A stretch of DNA of 64,000 nucleotides from Octopus vulgaris (lineage: Eukaryota), in NCBI GenBank assembly GCA_951406725.2, contig OX597815.1, positions 185,380,001 through 185,444,000 on the forward strand. Reading direction: 5' to 3'. Below are positions 12,707-25,513 of the stretch, piece by piece. Position numbers and translations under genes: made by a program. Numbering within the stretch: position 1 is the stretch's first letter; each line of letters begins with the position of its first letter. Under the pieces are notes generated by a model that saw only the letters and a program-made list of their open reading frames with translations, was not told the origin of the DNA and made no database searches.

Positions 12707-13229
12707 TGAATCCTTGGCATCATGTTTTTATTTTGATCAATTTACTCCACCACCTACACCACCAAACGGTATACACAGGTGCTTATAATTATCAAGTACT
12801 CACCCCGAATTTCTATATATATATATATATATATAGGGTTAAGTAAGCAACTTTTTGAACCATGAAGAGTTTGTTTCGGACTTTTGCAGTTTTGAATTTT
12901 TCTTAAACGTTTTTGGCAATTGTCTGATAATACAACGATAGGTTTGCCCAAATGCATCAATAAATTAGCATTTTTTTTTTTCACCGTTACAATCATCTGG
13001 ACCGACTTGTTCGTGCATGTTGTTTATGCGTCGTTAGAGAGGTTAGTGAAGGATTGTTGAACTGGAATTATATTTTTTATTAATTGTCTTGAGACACTTG
13101 TTTTTCTGCCTTTCGGCAGTTTCGTTAGCGCTGTCCTTGTTTGAAGGAAGAAGCGCATTATTTGTGTCTTCATGATGTATGAAGATTTGAATTCTTCAGA
13201 CGTAACGGCATATGAAGAACTACTGAGAA

Positions 13230-13840
13230 AGTTAGATATTACAGACCAGAAGATGGAACAAAAAATATACTTCGCAGCTGGGGCTGGTGAAACAAAAGAT
13301 TTGTTTTAAGAAGGTGAAGTTGAACAAGTACAAGGAAATTCTGAGAAGGGAGAGGCACAAAGTAAAAGAGACCCCCACCCTCCGAGTGAAGTTACAAAGG
13401 ACACGCAAAGAGGACAATATATAGAACGTATCGTCTGGATGCAAAGAGAATGGACCCAGTTACAAAACTACAAGCAGAGAAGACTTTGAGACCCATCTGG
13501 CAGGATGCCACCTACCTTGCCAGAGGGAAGAAATAAGCAAATTTTCTCAGCCTATCCTTGTAGCTCATCCGCTGCACTGTTTCAATCTTTTTAGTGCAGT
13601 GGCGTTGGACTGCCTCAAGTTCTGCTTTTAGTTTGGCACTATGTGGTGACCATAACTGGGAGTAGAAGTCCAGACGGCTGAGAACAAAGGTTCTCCACAG
13701 GATCCACATAGATTCATGGTCTCTTGTCTTGAAGGACGTTAGTATCCATCCTGCGAGTTGCCTGCACTTTGCTACCATTCTTGGCAATGTGCATATAAAA
13801 TGATGCGTCATTGCACATACTGATCCCAAGTCTTTCACAA
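13230..13840 (-). pseudogene. CR1/L2/Jockey-like LINE 3' fragment (RT C-terminal region)
   Basis: ORF 13512-13838: LWRTFVLSRLDFYSQLWSPH...LEAVQRHCTKKI...SYKDRL (consensus LY..LVRP.LEY.S.VWSP....LE.VQRR.TK.I...SY.ERL). Confidence 0.85.
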
Positions 13841-13858
13841 ACTTAATATATACATGCT

Positions 13859-13892
<34 letters not shown>

Positions 13893-13896
<4 letters not shown>

Positions 13897-14104
13897 TTCA
13901 GCAAACATTTAGATTCAAATGAATATGGTACTGAAGTTGAGGCATCAGAATTTAGTACGGTATTATCCACACAATTTTAAAACAAGGTGATTTGAATCAA
14001 AATAAACAAGGATATCCAGAGGTAATGCAGTACGATTGTTTCAATGGAGTTGCGTGAAACGATCGTACTGTATTACCTCGCGATATCCTTGCTGCTTATT
14101 TTGA
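13893..14104. mobile_element. Short PLE-like element with inverted arms in (TA)n, carrying the 3' half of an HHR on both arms
   Basis: 13997-14043 is the inverted repeat of 14055-14104 (GAAACGATCGTACTG...); homologous to 19309-19460; (TA)n on both sides. Confidence 0.65.
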
Positions 14105-15607
14105 TATATATATATATATATTTGTTTATTTATTGTATGTTTATATATACTAAATGTTCACGAAATTAGGCGTGTAGAGAAATGGTTGAAGCAAAATTTA
14201 TTTACTACTAGGTGCCGTTTCTTTTTCAGAACGCATTGGTTATAATCACCGCCTAAATACAACGTGAAATAGGCTACATCAACTGTAAGCTAATATAACA
14301 GGCAAGGGATTTTCTCTCAGTTGTGGACTTGCAACTGTGTAATGGATTGCCCTTGTCTTTCAACTCAACTTTTGTACTTGTCTGTTATAATATAATCTGC
14401 TGATTAACGTTGTAAAATTTATAAGAATTAACACAAGTTATATTTCAGTTGCACATTGCCGAACTCCTGGAAAAGCTCCAAGTTGAAAATACGAACTGTG
14501 TATCACCATACCTTCTTTATACAAAAGCAAAAAAGTATTAATGGAGAAGTATGTATAACAGAGAAAAAGTGATACGAGATTTAAGCCACATGCTTTATTC
14601 AATAAAATCCGAAATAAATAAGAAAAATGGTTCCATTCGAATATCAAGATCAGCTTGCTAACTGAATTTGCCAATAGCTTACTTATAGTAATGTAGTCAT
14701 ATGACATAGAGATCTGTTCACCTGACTACTTACTTCGCAGATTCTTTGTTGTATCTAATCGTAAAACATTCTTAAGTATTCTCATATAAGTTTATTTATT
14801 TCCTTTATGGTGACTGTTTGTATTATTACTCAAATCACGCACAACCATAAAAGAGTTTGTTAATCTTATGTGAACATTAATTCGTCTAGATTTGCTTAAA
14901 CATTTGCCGTCATGCAAATTTTAAAGTAGGAATGCTTGCTTTCTTTAAAAAAAATTTTCTTTTCTTTTCTTCTGTTTTGGGTTTTTTTTTTTTTTTTTTC
15001 TTGCTTTCTCAGAAGCATCAGAAATATTTCAAAGTAAATCAAACCGATCTCCTGCGATATAACAATTACGTATCGGGTTTTCAAGTTTGCAAGTCGTTTA
15101 GTCATCTACAAAATTTGAATTCACAGAATTAATCATAGATTTTCTATCAGAGACAAATTGCTTGTTTATCAGCCGTTTCATTGATTTTTGTGTATGCATT
15201 AGAGGCCGTTAAGTCTCTTATAATATTAACATTAATCCAGTAAGATATTTGCACATATTTGAAGACATACAGAAAATCACTCCTACATATGTATATACAT
15301 ACATATGTGAAGTTGTCGCGAGAGATCTCAGTTGTCACGTGAAGCTGTCACGATTTGATCCAAGGAGTTGGCAACAAGGTTCGGCGCTTGTCGTCGATGC
15401 TGTCAAAGAGACTGAAGATCTTCGCGAGAATAGGAGTCGCCTTTGGAGCCCATTGTTTAGTTGTGATGAAGGGGACATCGTCAGCATCCGACTTCTTACA
15501 AGTTTGGAGCTATGAGGAGCACTGCCACTAACAGCAACTACCACCACCACCACTACTGCTACTACAATAATATGCTAAGCTCCAACAGCAACAACTTACA
15601 TCAAAAA

Positions 15608-15950
15608 TAGCTGTGGTAAGAAGCTTGCTTCTCAACCACATGATTCCGGGTTCAGTTCCACTGTATATCTCCTTGGGCAAGTGTCTTCTAATATAGCCTC
15701 GGGCCGAATAAAGCCATGTGAGTGGATTTGGTAGACGGAAACTGAAAGAAGCCCGTCGTATATATATGTATATATAATGTATATGTTTGTTTGTCTGTTT
15801 TTGTCCCACCATCGTCGCTTTATAACCGATGTTGGTGTGTTTTCGTCCTCGTAACGTAGCTGTTCGGCATAAGAGAACGATAGAATAAGTAGCAAGTTTA
15901 CAAAGAATGAGTCCTGGGTCATGGCCGCAATCAAATGACTGAAACGAGTA
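15608..15950 (+). mobile_element. Bipartite SINE family B
   Basis: GCTGTGGTAAGAAGCTTGCT...GGGTTCAGTTCCA...GGAAACTGAAAGAAGCCCGTCG + simple repeat + second module (CCGATGTTGGTGTGTT...GATAGAATAAGTA). Confidence 0.8.
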
Positions 15951-16177
15951 TTTCTTCTGGCTCTTTACGTTCTTTCCTCAAAGACCGTGGCGGTCCAATT
16001 CAGCTTTCATCCTTTCTCGGTTGATAAAATGTGTAACAGTTGAGGACTAGCCCCTCCCCTCAAAGTCTCAGGCTTTGTTCCCATGATAGAAAAGATTATT
16101 ATTATTATTGTTGTTGTTGTTCAGTTGTTCTTGTACATTCTGAAAAATATATGCATATTCTTTCATTCTTCTACATG

Positions 16178-16612
16178 TTGCAGTCATTTGACTGCGGCTA
16201 TGCTGGAGCACTGTCCTGAAGGAGTTTTCTTCGAAGAAATGGACCCCAGGACTTATTCTTTGTAAGCCTATTATTCTATCAGTTTTCTTTTGCCGAACCG
16301 TTAAGTTACGGGGATATAAACACACCAGCATCGGTTGTCAAGCGATGTTGGAGGAACAAACACATTGCATGCACACACGTAAATGCACATACATAAATGC
16401 ACACACAGATATACATACACGACGGGCTTCGTTCAGTTTCCGTCTACCAAATCCACCGACAAGGCTTTATTCGGTCCGAGGCTATAGCAGAAGACACTTG
16501 CCCAAGGGGCCACACAGTGGGACTGAACCCGGAACCATGTATTTGGGAAGCAAATTTCTTACCACTTACTGACCTCCTACGGCTGTCTTACCACACAGCC
16601 ACGCCTACGCCT
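16178..16612 (-). mobile_element. SINE family B
   Basis: Reverse complement of family B modules. Confidence 0.8.
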
Positions 16613-17558
16613 ATCTTGATATAATGTTATGTGTCCGCATTGGAATTTTTTTTTCTCTGAGATGACTATCAAGAGAACAATTTGTCATTTCTTTTTAACA
16701 TCAAAAATAGTTTGCCATTACATAGCATAAATAGTGGAAGCATACTTTCCTGAAATCATTGATAACGGCGAAGAAGAAAACGAATGATAGGTTGCACAGA
16801 TGTAGGTTATAAATGATGAGGATGTCTCAGAATAAATTATAAGTTTAAGTCGCTCCGAAGTTAGAAAAAGGAATTACAAATTTCTAAATTTGCTTCAATG
16901 CGCGTTACTAAACGTTCCAGTGGAAAGCTGAGCTGACATATAATTGAGATAATGGAGAAGAGAACAATGATTCGTTTTGATTTATCTGATTGAAGTTCTG
17001 ATAAGGAGTGACTAATTATAGATCGGTTGAACTAGAGCATAATCTACTGTATGAGGACAGTTGAATTCGATAAGAAATGATGAAGAGATCTGGAGCTGAT
17101 AGGGAAATGGTGGAGGTTAAGAGAAGAGAACGGCAACGACTGCGAGAGTAAATTGTGTGTGCTAATACAGCCATGCGTAAAAGCAAAAGGAAAATTTATA
17201 TATCGGAACTTTCGTAGTTTGTATTTTGATATTTATGAAGCTCCTCGGTGATGTGATTGTAAGAATGATAGATCAATAATAGTTCTACATCGGTGAACTT
17301 TCAGCAAAATGAAAGATAAATATATCTCTTGGGAGTTTTCGTACCAAGAACACAAATCAGCAGTTTTAGTAACTATTGGGATAGCGATACACTTCGTTCT
17401 GTACTTCTGAATGCGAAATATATCTACTGTACGAGTTTCAATGTGAATATGTTTGCACGGACGTGAGCGTGTGTGTACACACACATACATGCATATATAT
17501 ATATATATATACATATATATAGATAGATAGATGGGTGTAAATTGTAATTTACCAGCAT

Positions 17559-17721
17559 AGGCGCAGGCATAGCTGAGTGATAGGAAAATTGCTTCTTAAC
17601 CACATGATTCCAGGTTCACTTTCACTGCGTGGCATCTCGGGCAGGTGTCTTCTATTATAGCTCTCGGGTTGACCAAAGCCTTATGAGTGGATTGATTGGC
17701 GGAAACTGAAAGAAGCCCGCC

Positions 17722-17756
<35 letters not shown>

Positions 17757-17893
17757 AGTAACCTAGCTGTTCGGCAAAAGGGACAGATAGACGAAGTACT
17801 AGGCTTACAAAGAATAAATTCTGGGGTCGATTTGCTCGACTAAAGGCGGTGCTCCAGCATGGCCGCATTCAATTTACTGGAACAAATAAAAAA

Positions 17894-17925
<32 letters not shown>

Positions 17926-18145
17926 ACACACACACACACACACACTCGTGTGGGTCTTTACGTCTATGCTTGTTTTCCTCCACCGCTTGACACTCGGTGG
18001 TGGTATATTTAAGTCCCGTGACGTGGCGGTTCGACAAAAGAAACCGATAGAATAAGTACAAGGCTTAAACAAAAAATAAGTACGGAAGGCGGTGGCCCAG
18101 CATGGCCGCAGTTAAATAACTGAAACAAGTAAAAGATAAAAGATA
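17559..18145 (+). mobile_element. SINE family B with duplicated 3' module
   Basis: AGGCGCAGGCATAGCTGAGTG head; 3' module present twice, separated by (TG)n(CA)n. Confidence 0.75.
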
Positions 18146-18634
18146 AATACTAAATTAATACATTTACGGTTTTCTCGATCTTGTATAGATTTAACTCTGA
18201 GTTTAGGCAAGCAAATTTAAATTAAGAGGAAACGGCTGCGATTTTTTTTTTTTTGTTTGCTGTGTAAATAACAGTATTTTTATTTAGTACGCGAGAGATG
18301 TTTAATTTAATTCTCATTAGTGAATTCATGGTTTGTTTTCGATCCCAAATCGTTATTTATAGATACGTCACGGTTGATTTAGCTTATATTCGCGTCTTTA
18401 TTAATGTTACATTTATTGATATAGTTTCACCAGAGGAAGAAACGTAGTGTCTCTGACCACTTTCGAGAAGTTTGCCACAAATTGGACATTTTGTTCCAAC
18501 GCCGGGTAGTTTTGTTGAATTAGGTGGTGGGTTGAGTTTCCAGTAGGACCTTTTCTTCTGACGGCTTCCACACGATTTCCTTCCGTAAAATATTATTTTA
18601 GTGACTTTAGCCAACACAGAGGATTTAATAAAAG

Positions 18635-18862
18635 ACACTTGCCCAAGTTTCCGTGCAACATCGGTTGTCAAGCGATGCTGGGGTGGCAAGAACACACACG
18701 TATATATATATACACACACGAGGAGCTTAGTTCAGTTATCGTCTACCAAATCCACTAACAAGGCTTTGGTCGGTCCGAAGCTACAGTAGAAGACACTTGC
18801 CGAAGGTGCCACGCACTGGGACTGAACATATGGTTAGGAAGCAAGCTTCTTAACACGCACCC
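18635..18862 (-). mobile_element. SINE family B, partial
   Basis: Reverse-complement head and internal modules. Confidence 0.7.
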
Positions 18863-18863
18863 C

Positions 18864-18905
<42 letters not shown>

Positions 18906-19251
18906 CCTTTACCAAATTTCATATTGCTTCAAATTAATTTTGATAGTTTTATGACTATACCCAGTGTGATTTCTGTGGACTCCCTCAGCCCCCTTCCTAA
19001 CAGACACTGCTCCTTGTTCCTTGGCCTTAGATTTTGATATACAAGGATTTGATAAACAAGACTATAAATTAAATCTTTGTCTGTCTTCTTACATTCTTGG
19101 ATACGTATATTTATATTTGGGTATAGAATAGGTTGTTTAATTTTATTGTTTTTGTAATTAATAATGATATATTTATTATGTTATTCTATGTTTTCTAAAT
19201 TGACTGTAGAGTGCATTTTTTCAGAATATTTAATTTAATTCTATGTATCTA

Positions 19252-19337
19252 TGTAGTAGAGGATTGCTCTGCATTTAAATTAATGCAATGGTTTCATTGT
19301 TCAATTAAATGGAGTCGCTTGAAACGATCGTACTGCA
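19252..19337 (+). ncRNA. Degenerate type I hammerhead motif in a PLE-like non-coding element (~18905-19460)
   Basis: TGTAG | TAGAGGA (degenerate CTGANGA) | long hairpin CATTTAA..GCAATG gttt CATTGT..TTAAATG | GAAA CGATCG TA | CTGCA. Confidence 0.45.
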
Positions 19338-19457
19338 TTACCTCTGGATATCCTGTTGCTTATTTTGATTTTAATCACCTTATTTCGAAACTGTATGTAT
19401 AACCGTACTAAATTCTGCTGCCTCAACTTAAGTACCTAATTCATATGATCTAAATTT

Positions 19458-19688
19458 TTGTCATTTGACTGTGGCCATGCTGGAGCACCGCCTTTAGTCA
19501 AGCAAATCGACCCCAGGACTTATTCTTTGTAATACTAGTATTTATTCTATTCGTCTCTTTTGTCGAACCGCCAAGTTACGGGGACGTAAACACACCAACA
19601 TCGGTTGTCAAGCGATGTTGGGGGACAAACACAGACACGCACACATATATATATAGCAAGCTTCTTACAACACAACCACGCCTGCGCT
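19458..19688 (-). mobile_element. SINE family B, internally deleted
   Basis: Reverse-complement 3' module joined to a short head. Confidence 0.75.
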
Positions 19689-21229
19689 TAACTGCATTTT
19701 TTCCTCTAGGGTTGTTATTTGTATAAAATTTTATGCCAAGATATTTCGGAGTGTAATAAAATGTAAAGCAGTAAAGTTTCTTCCCGAGTCCTATAGGGCC
19801 GGTTTCGCAGTTTCCATGTCGTTTATATTCCCCACTGGGACTGGACGCTGGTCCGTCGCAGAAATATTCATTTTTGCCTGCAAGGTGATGATATGAAGTG
19901 TTTTACTCTGGAACCACAATCTTACGTTCACGAGTCCAACAACCTATTCACTAAGCCACGCACCTCCACATTTTGGAATGAGGGAATGATAAAAGGAATA
20001 CGCAGCAGGAAATGATGTTGGCTATGGAGTCTCCATTCATTCATTCATTCATTCACCGTCCAATTTACTGTTTATAAATTTTTTAAGTTTAATGCTATTT
20101 ATAAATATCTGACAACTGACAGGTCACACATGATGAGAAAACTTGGTAACTACAAAGAGAATCATTAGGTTCAAACGGATATACTCTACTTCGTGAGTCG
20201 AGTACATTTTTTCTTCCGTGTGTATACCAAAGTGTAGATATAGGAAATATATTCTAAAATATAAAAAACAGAAACGAATCGCTTTTGAAAATATTTAAAT
20301 TGCAATGATTTTCATGCAAGGGAATGTTGGATGCCGTTAGTGCCAGTTACTTAGTTGTGTCATTTATGCATTGAGATATTTAGAAGTCAGGAATTCACAG
20401 ACATTAATTTTATAATTTTGGAATATCAAAGAATAATTTTAATAAATCAACTTTTCGTATCTTTATACTTTTCGTTTCATGTTCTGCAAGTTCTTGAAAA
20501 TATTTTTGGAATACATTTCAAAAGCTTTTGAATTTTTGCTTTTAAAGATTATTTGAATAATATTAACATTAATTTTATTTTATCTAAGGTAGGGTGCCCA
20601 AATTTATCTAAACTGTTTATACAATAAAATGTTCTTTTAATATAGTTGTTGTAGTAGTAATGGCGGTAGGGGGCTAGTAACGCCCGTGTATAATTTAATA
20701 AACTATTTCCACACATTGCGATATCATTTTCCTTTTATGGTCTGGCTTTATAGATAAATTAATTTATGGATAACTTAATGATAGAGAAACATTGAACAGT
20801 AAACTATGGTTATAACACATAAAATACATGTGTTAACTTTCGATACAAATGAAAACATCATAAATAGATGCAAATTAATAGTTTTAATAGTTTTCATAAC
20901 CATGTATAGTTTGAATATATCAAACAAAATTTCCGTGTTCCGTAATCCACAGCAGTTTCCGTTGTAATCTAACAGACACAGATAACTCACTTGGAGTATA
21001 ATTCCTGATTAAAAAACAAACCTCAGTCACTTCGTTTTTACGTCAACTAGTTGCTTAAATTCTGACACAAAAAGATCCTTTCGCTTTCTCTTAAAAGAAG
21101 AAATAGCAAGTGACTAAACTATTCAAGACTTATAAAATAGAATAGTATACATACAAATAAAATGACAAGAATGAAAGCAACTCGCGACTTTCAAATCCTA
21201 AATTTCCAGATGGTATATGCAGAATATAT

Positions 21230-21462
21230 ATTTCTTTACTGCTCACAAGGGGCTAAACATAGAGGGGACAAACAAGTACAGACAAACGGATCAAGTCGAT
21301 TACATCGACCCCAGTGCGAAATTGGTACTTTATTCATCGACCCCGAAAGGATGAAAGGCAAAGTCGACCTCGGCGGAATTTGAACTCAGAACGTAACGGC
21401 AGACGAAATACGGTTACTCATTTCGCCCAGCGTGCTAACGTTTCTGCCAGCTCGCCGCCTTA
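21230..21462 (-). mobile_element. Full-length SINE family A with target-site duplication
   Basis: TSD ATATGC(A)GAATATAT 21215-21229 / ATATGCATAATATAT 21463-21477 (1 mismatch). Confidence 0.9.
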
Positions 21463-24002
21463 ATATGCATAATATATTTCCATTTGTGAACATTCATTCG
21501 TAACATTTAACACATTTGTATTGACTAGTTATTTGTTAACTAATCAGAATAACACTTGATAGTTAAAATGTTATGGGAGTCTGTTCTTACGAGAATTTTT
21601 ATCATCCTAATCATAATCATTGATTTATTATTTAATGTAAACGGTTCGCGAATATACTACACATTAATGTAACCTCTCTATATATAACATCTCTATACAT
21701 TTATTATATGTAATTAATTCTTGAAATACCTATGTATTTCATGTACGCTAGATGCCATTATATACACCAGAACAAGAAATAAAACGGCCATTATTAAAAT
21801 AATAAAATATAGTGACGAACGTAATGTTGACGTTTGCAAAATTAAAATCATTATCAATATGTTTACAATAACCAAGTTGATGGTTAGTTATGTGTAAATT
21901 TAAATTATTCTTTAATAGATTGTTCAAATTATTTGTATCTTGCTAGGTAATGAAAAATACTTTTTGCTTATAAATTCTATGTAAATTTTTATAGTTATAC
22001 ACTTTGCAATAAAAGCGATCATTAGTTACATCCGTTACAACTAGAAACATTTGATATTTTCCATTTATTAGAATTATTCAGCAAAATACATTAGAGGAGA
22101 AAACTTTTGAAAGTAATCAACTTCATATATCATTTCGCGGACGTTTGAGATAAGAGGAAAACAACCTTAACTGATCTGTATGATAATGTGAGGAAATCTA
22201 AGACTGACAATCTGATCAACATTGATGTAGAAGGTCAGAGGCTACTTGGCTATTCTGAAAATTTCCATAAGCTATCGAAGCGAATCAACATTTCCCTCCG
22301 TATGGTATTATTGATTGCTTATATCAGACATTCAAGCACTAATTCTATCGAAAGTACTTCCCACGCAGCTAACAACTTGCAATCAATACTAGCATTATTA
22401 GACATTATAATAGTAATATTACTTGATTTTAAAACTAGTGAAGAATTATTCAATACTGTAAATGAATTCTACTCTCGAATTTATTTCTACAGTTTAAGCA
22501 GAGTATTACTCGTTAACAGAATTATATAGTGCTTTCATCGATCTAGCCAACACGGGAGCTTCTGCGCGATCGCTAGGCCTGCTAAAAATAACTGCCAGTT
22601 CGTCTTCAAATTATACCCTATTTTTGAAAAGAAACACATAAAAAGGTAGGACACAGCTAAATAATGTATCCCACAGTAATCTCCGTCTGAAAAACAAAGA
22701 TAGGATAGTCAAATGCGAAATGCCTATCACTATAGGTCTGCTTGTTCAGTAAAAATTGGTCTAATTGGTAACGTTATGTAAATGTATAAACAAAACCTTG
22801 CATAACAGCTAGAAAAACATGATTAAATTTTCCGATATGGTTCAACATATGCATTAACCAAAATCAAATTATTTTCCATTCCTCCCTTTTCTCTCTTAGT
22901 AGCCCTTTACAGCACTAGCCTATCGCTCTCATGTTTCCGTTTACGTCTATTTTCGCATTAATATTTCTGACTTAATTTTTCCTTTTCAATTACTACAGTT
23001 CACTTCATCTTCCCATCTCTATTTCTGTCTCTTTGTATTATTTCTAGTATGGCTTTTATTTATCTAATTTTATCTGCCTTCTCTATTTCAAAACTTCATA
23101 TTATATTTTTTGCTTTGCTTTGCTTTTCTTTTTTCCCTCCTTTCCGTTCTTCTTGAATCCGAAAAGGAAATTAGCTTTCAATTCTATAATTAAAATGATT
23201 CTTTCAAATTATTATAGTTTTGATGAACTGATCGATCATATTATAATTCTACTTAAAACGAAATGAATATAATAACTTTCGCAAAATGTAGACGAGCAGA
23301 ACAGAATTGCTTTTTATTTAAACAAAATACCAGAAATCCACCCACAAAACATAGCTGAAGTAATATTTTGCCACAGTTAACAAGTACATTTCGCTTTGAA
23401 CTATAAATATCTTTTACCGTAAACCATTTTTACATTATCTTTTTTTAAAGCATTCTGCAATTGTTCTGAAGAGTCGATGCCATTTCAGCTGCCCATACAG
23501 ATGGAACTAATAATCGATTGACTAAGCCTGTTAGTATAATGGAACCTAAAAATCACAAGGTTGTCTAAAAAAAAATTTCTTCCGCAGAAACATTTTTATA
23601 ACACACCTTTTAGTATCTTTATAGAAACAACTGCTGTTCTTGGCGAGAACAGACTTGTTTTCTAGAATTCTAACTAATTTTGGCATAAGGCCAGCCTTCT
23701 TTTTTTAGAAAACTGTGCAAGTCGATCACGTTAACACCAGTACATGACTGGAACTTTGTTATTTGAACACAGAATCTAATGAACCGGAGGAAACGCTTCT
23801 GGACACTTTGCCCGACGCTCTGATAATTGTGCCAGCTCGCCTCCTATATTTGTTTTATAATATAAAATAAAACGGAACATAATTGTTGTGGATTGGTAAA
23901 ATCGCTGGAGTTTTGGATAAAGCATTTGCGGCATTTCATCCAGCAGCTCGTTTGGTTCCGAGTTCAAATGACGCTGAGATCAACTTTCATTTCATCCTTT
24001 TT

Positions 24003-24308
24003 TATGCGCCCTTTTCAAGCCTAATCAGGCTCATGGACCCGGTTTCCCGATTTCCGTGGCGTATGTGTCCCCCTCCAGCTGGACGGGACGGCAGTCCATC
24101 GCAGCGTTACTCAAGAAACAGGAAGAAAGAGTGAGAGTAAGTTGGGAGGAAAGAGTACAACAGGGGTCGCCACCACCCCCTGCCGGAGCCTCGTGGAGTT
24201 TTAGGTGCTCTCGCTCAATAAACACACACCGCCCGGACTAGGCATCGAAACCGAGATCCTCCGACCGCGAGTTCACTGCCCTAACCACTGGGCCATTGCC
24301 TCTCCACC
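24003..24308 (-). mobile_element. SINE family C variant nested in an old SINE A (23890-24420)
   Basis: Minus-strand head GGAGAGGCAATGGCCCAGTGGTTAGGG...GGTTTCGATGCC; the flanks resume SINE A at TTTCAT(C/T)CTTT. Confidence 0.75.
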
Positions 24309-24625
24309 TTTCATTCTTTTAGGATCGATAAAATGTACTGGTGAAGTTCGGTGGAGAGATCGATTCAATCGGCTAACCTCTCCCCACAAATTTCAGATTC
24401 TGTGCCTTTGTTAAAAACAATATTAAAAACAAACATAGAGCACCGTAGATCTCGTAAACATCGTACTAAAACAAATACAACGGAAAGTCTCATTCTTGTG
24501 TAATGCCATTTCCTTTCACTCACTTGATATTATTAGCTTTAAAATAAAAGAAGGATGGATATCCACGTATTGCATTTTCTCTCTGCTAAAAATTAAGAAC
24601 ATTGCTCTTAGTTGGAAGAGAATTG

Positions 24626-24791
24626 CATGAGTGGCTGTGTGGTAAGTAGCTTGCTTACGAACCACATGGTTCCCGGTTCAGTCCACTGCGTGGCACCTTG
24701 GGCAAGTGTCTTCTACTATAGCCACGGGCCGAGCAAAGCCTTGTGAGTGGACTTCGTAGACGGAAACTGAAAGAAGCCCGTCGTAAATATG

Positions 24792-24822
<31 letters not shown>

Positions 24823-25033
24823 ATATGTTTGTGTGTCTCTGTTTGTCTCCCCAACATCGCTTGACAACTGATGCTGGTGTGTTTATGTCCCCGTAACTTA
24901 GCGGTTCGGCAAAAAAGGACCGATAGGATAAGTACTAGGCTTACAAAGAATAAAGTCCTGGGGTCGATTTGCTCGACTAAAGGCGGTGCTCCAGCATGGC
25001 CACAGCCAAATGATTGAAACAAGTAAAAGAGTA
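24626..25033 (+). mobile_element. Full SINE family B
   Basis: A box GTGGCTGTGTGG, B-like box CGGTTCAGTCC, (TA)n spacer, 3' module ending GAAACAAGTAAAAGAG. Confidence 0.9.
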
Positions 25034-25280
25034 AGGCAAATTACTTAAATGGAAACGTGAACGATGGCATAAATAGGTGTAAAGATTAAGATCTGTGTTC
25101 CTATAACAGTAAAAAAGGTAAACTGGAAACTGAATAAAAGACGATCCCCATATATCCATTAGTAAAATTGCTTTGATTTAAATAAACATGGTTTTCCTTT
25201 CCAAATTGAATATGTTGATAGAAAAAGAAAGGAAGCAGTGTTCACTTATAATGCATAGTAACTATAATAATTCATTTTCG

Positions 25281-25513
25281 AAGGCAGTGAGATGGCAGAA
25301 ACGTTAGCACGCCGGGCGAAATACGTAGCCGTGTTTCGTCTGCCGTTACGTTCTGAGTTCATATTCCGCCGAGGTCGACTTTGCCTTTCATCCTTTCGGG
25401 GTCGATTAAATAAGTGTCAGTTACGCACTGGGGTCGAGGTAATCGACTTAAACAGTGTTTCTGTCCTTGTTTGTCCCCTCTGTGTTTAGCCCCTTGTGGG
25501 TAGCAGAGAAATA
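25281..25513 (+). mobile_element. Full SINE family A with 16-bp TSD
   Basis: TATAATAATTCATTTT at 25263-25278 and 25514-25529. Confidence 0.9.

Noticed and set aside
18400-18600. Possible host exon on the minus strand (KCPICGK)
   Set aside because: Single CxxC, no recognisable domain or clear splice sites; likewise 22050-22530 and 28180-28460. RNA-seq would decide.
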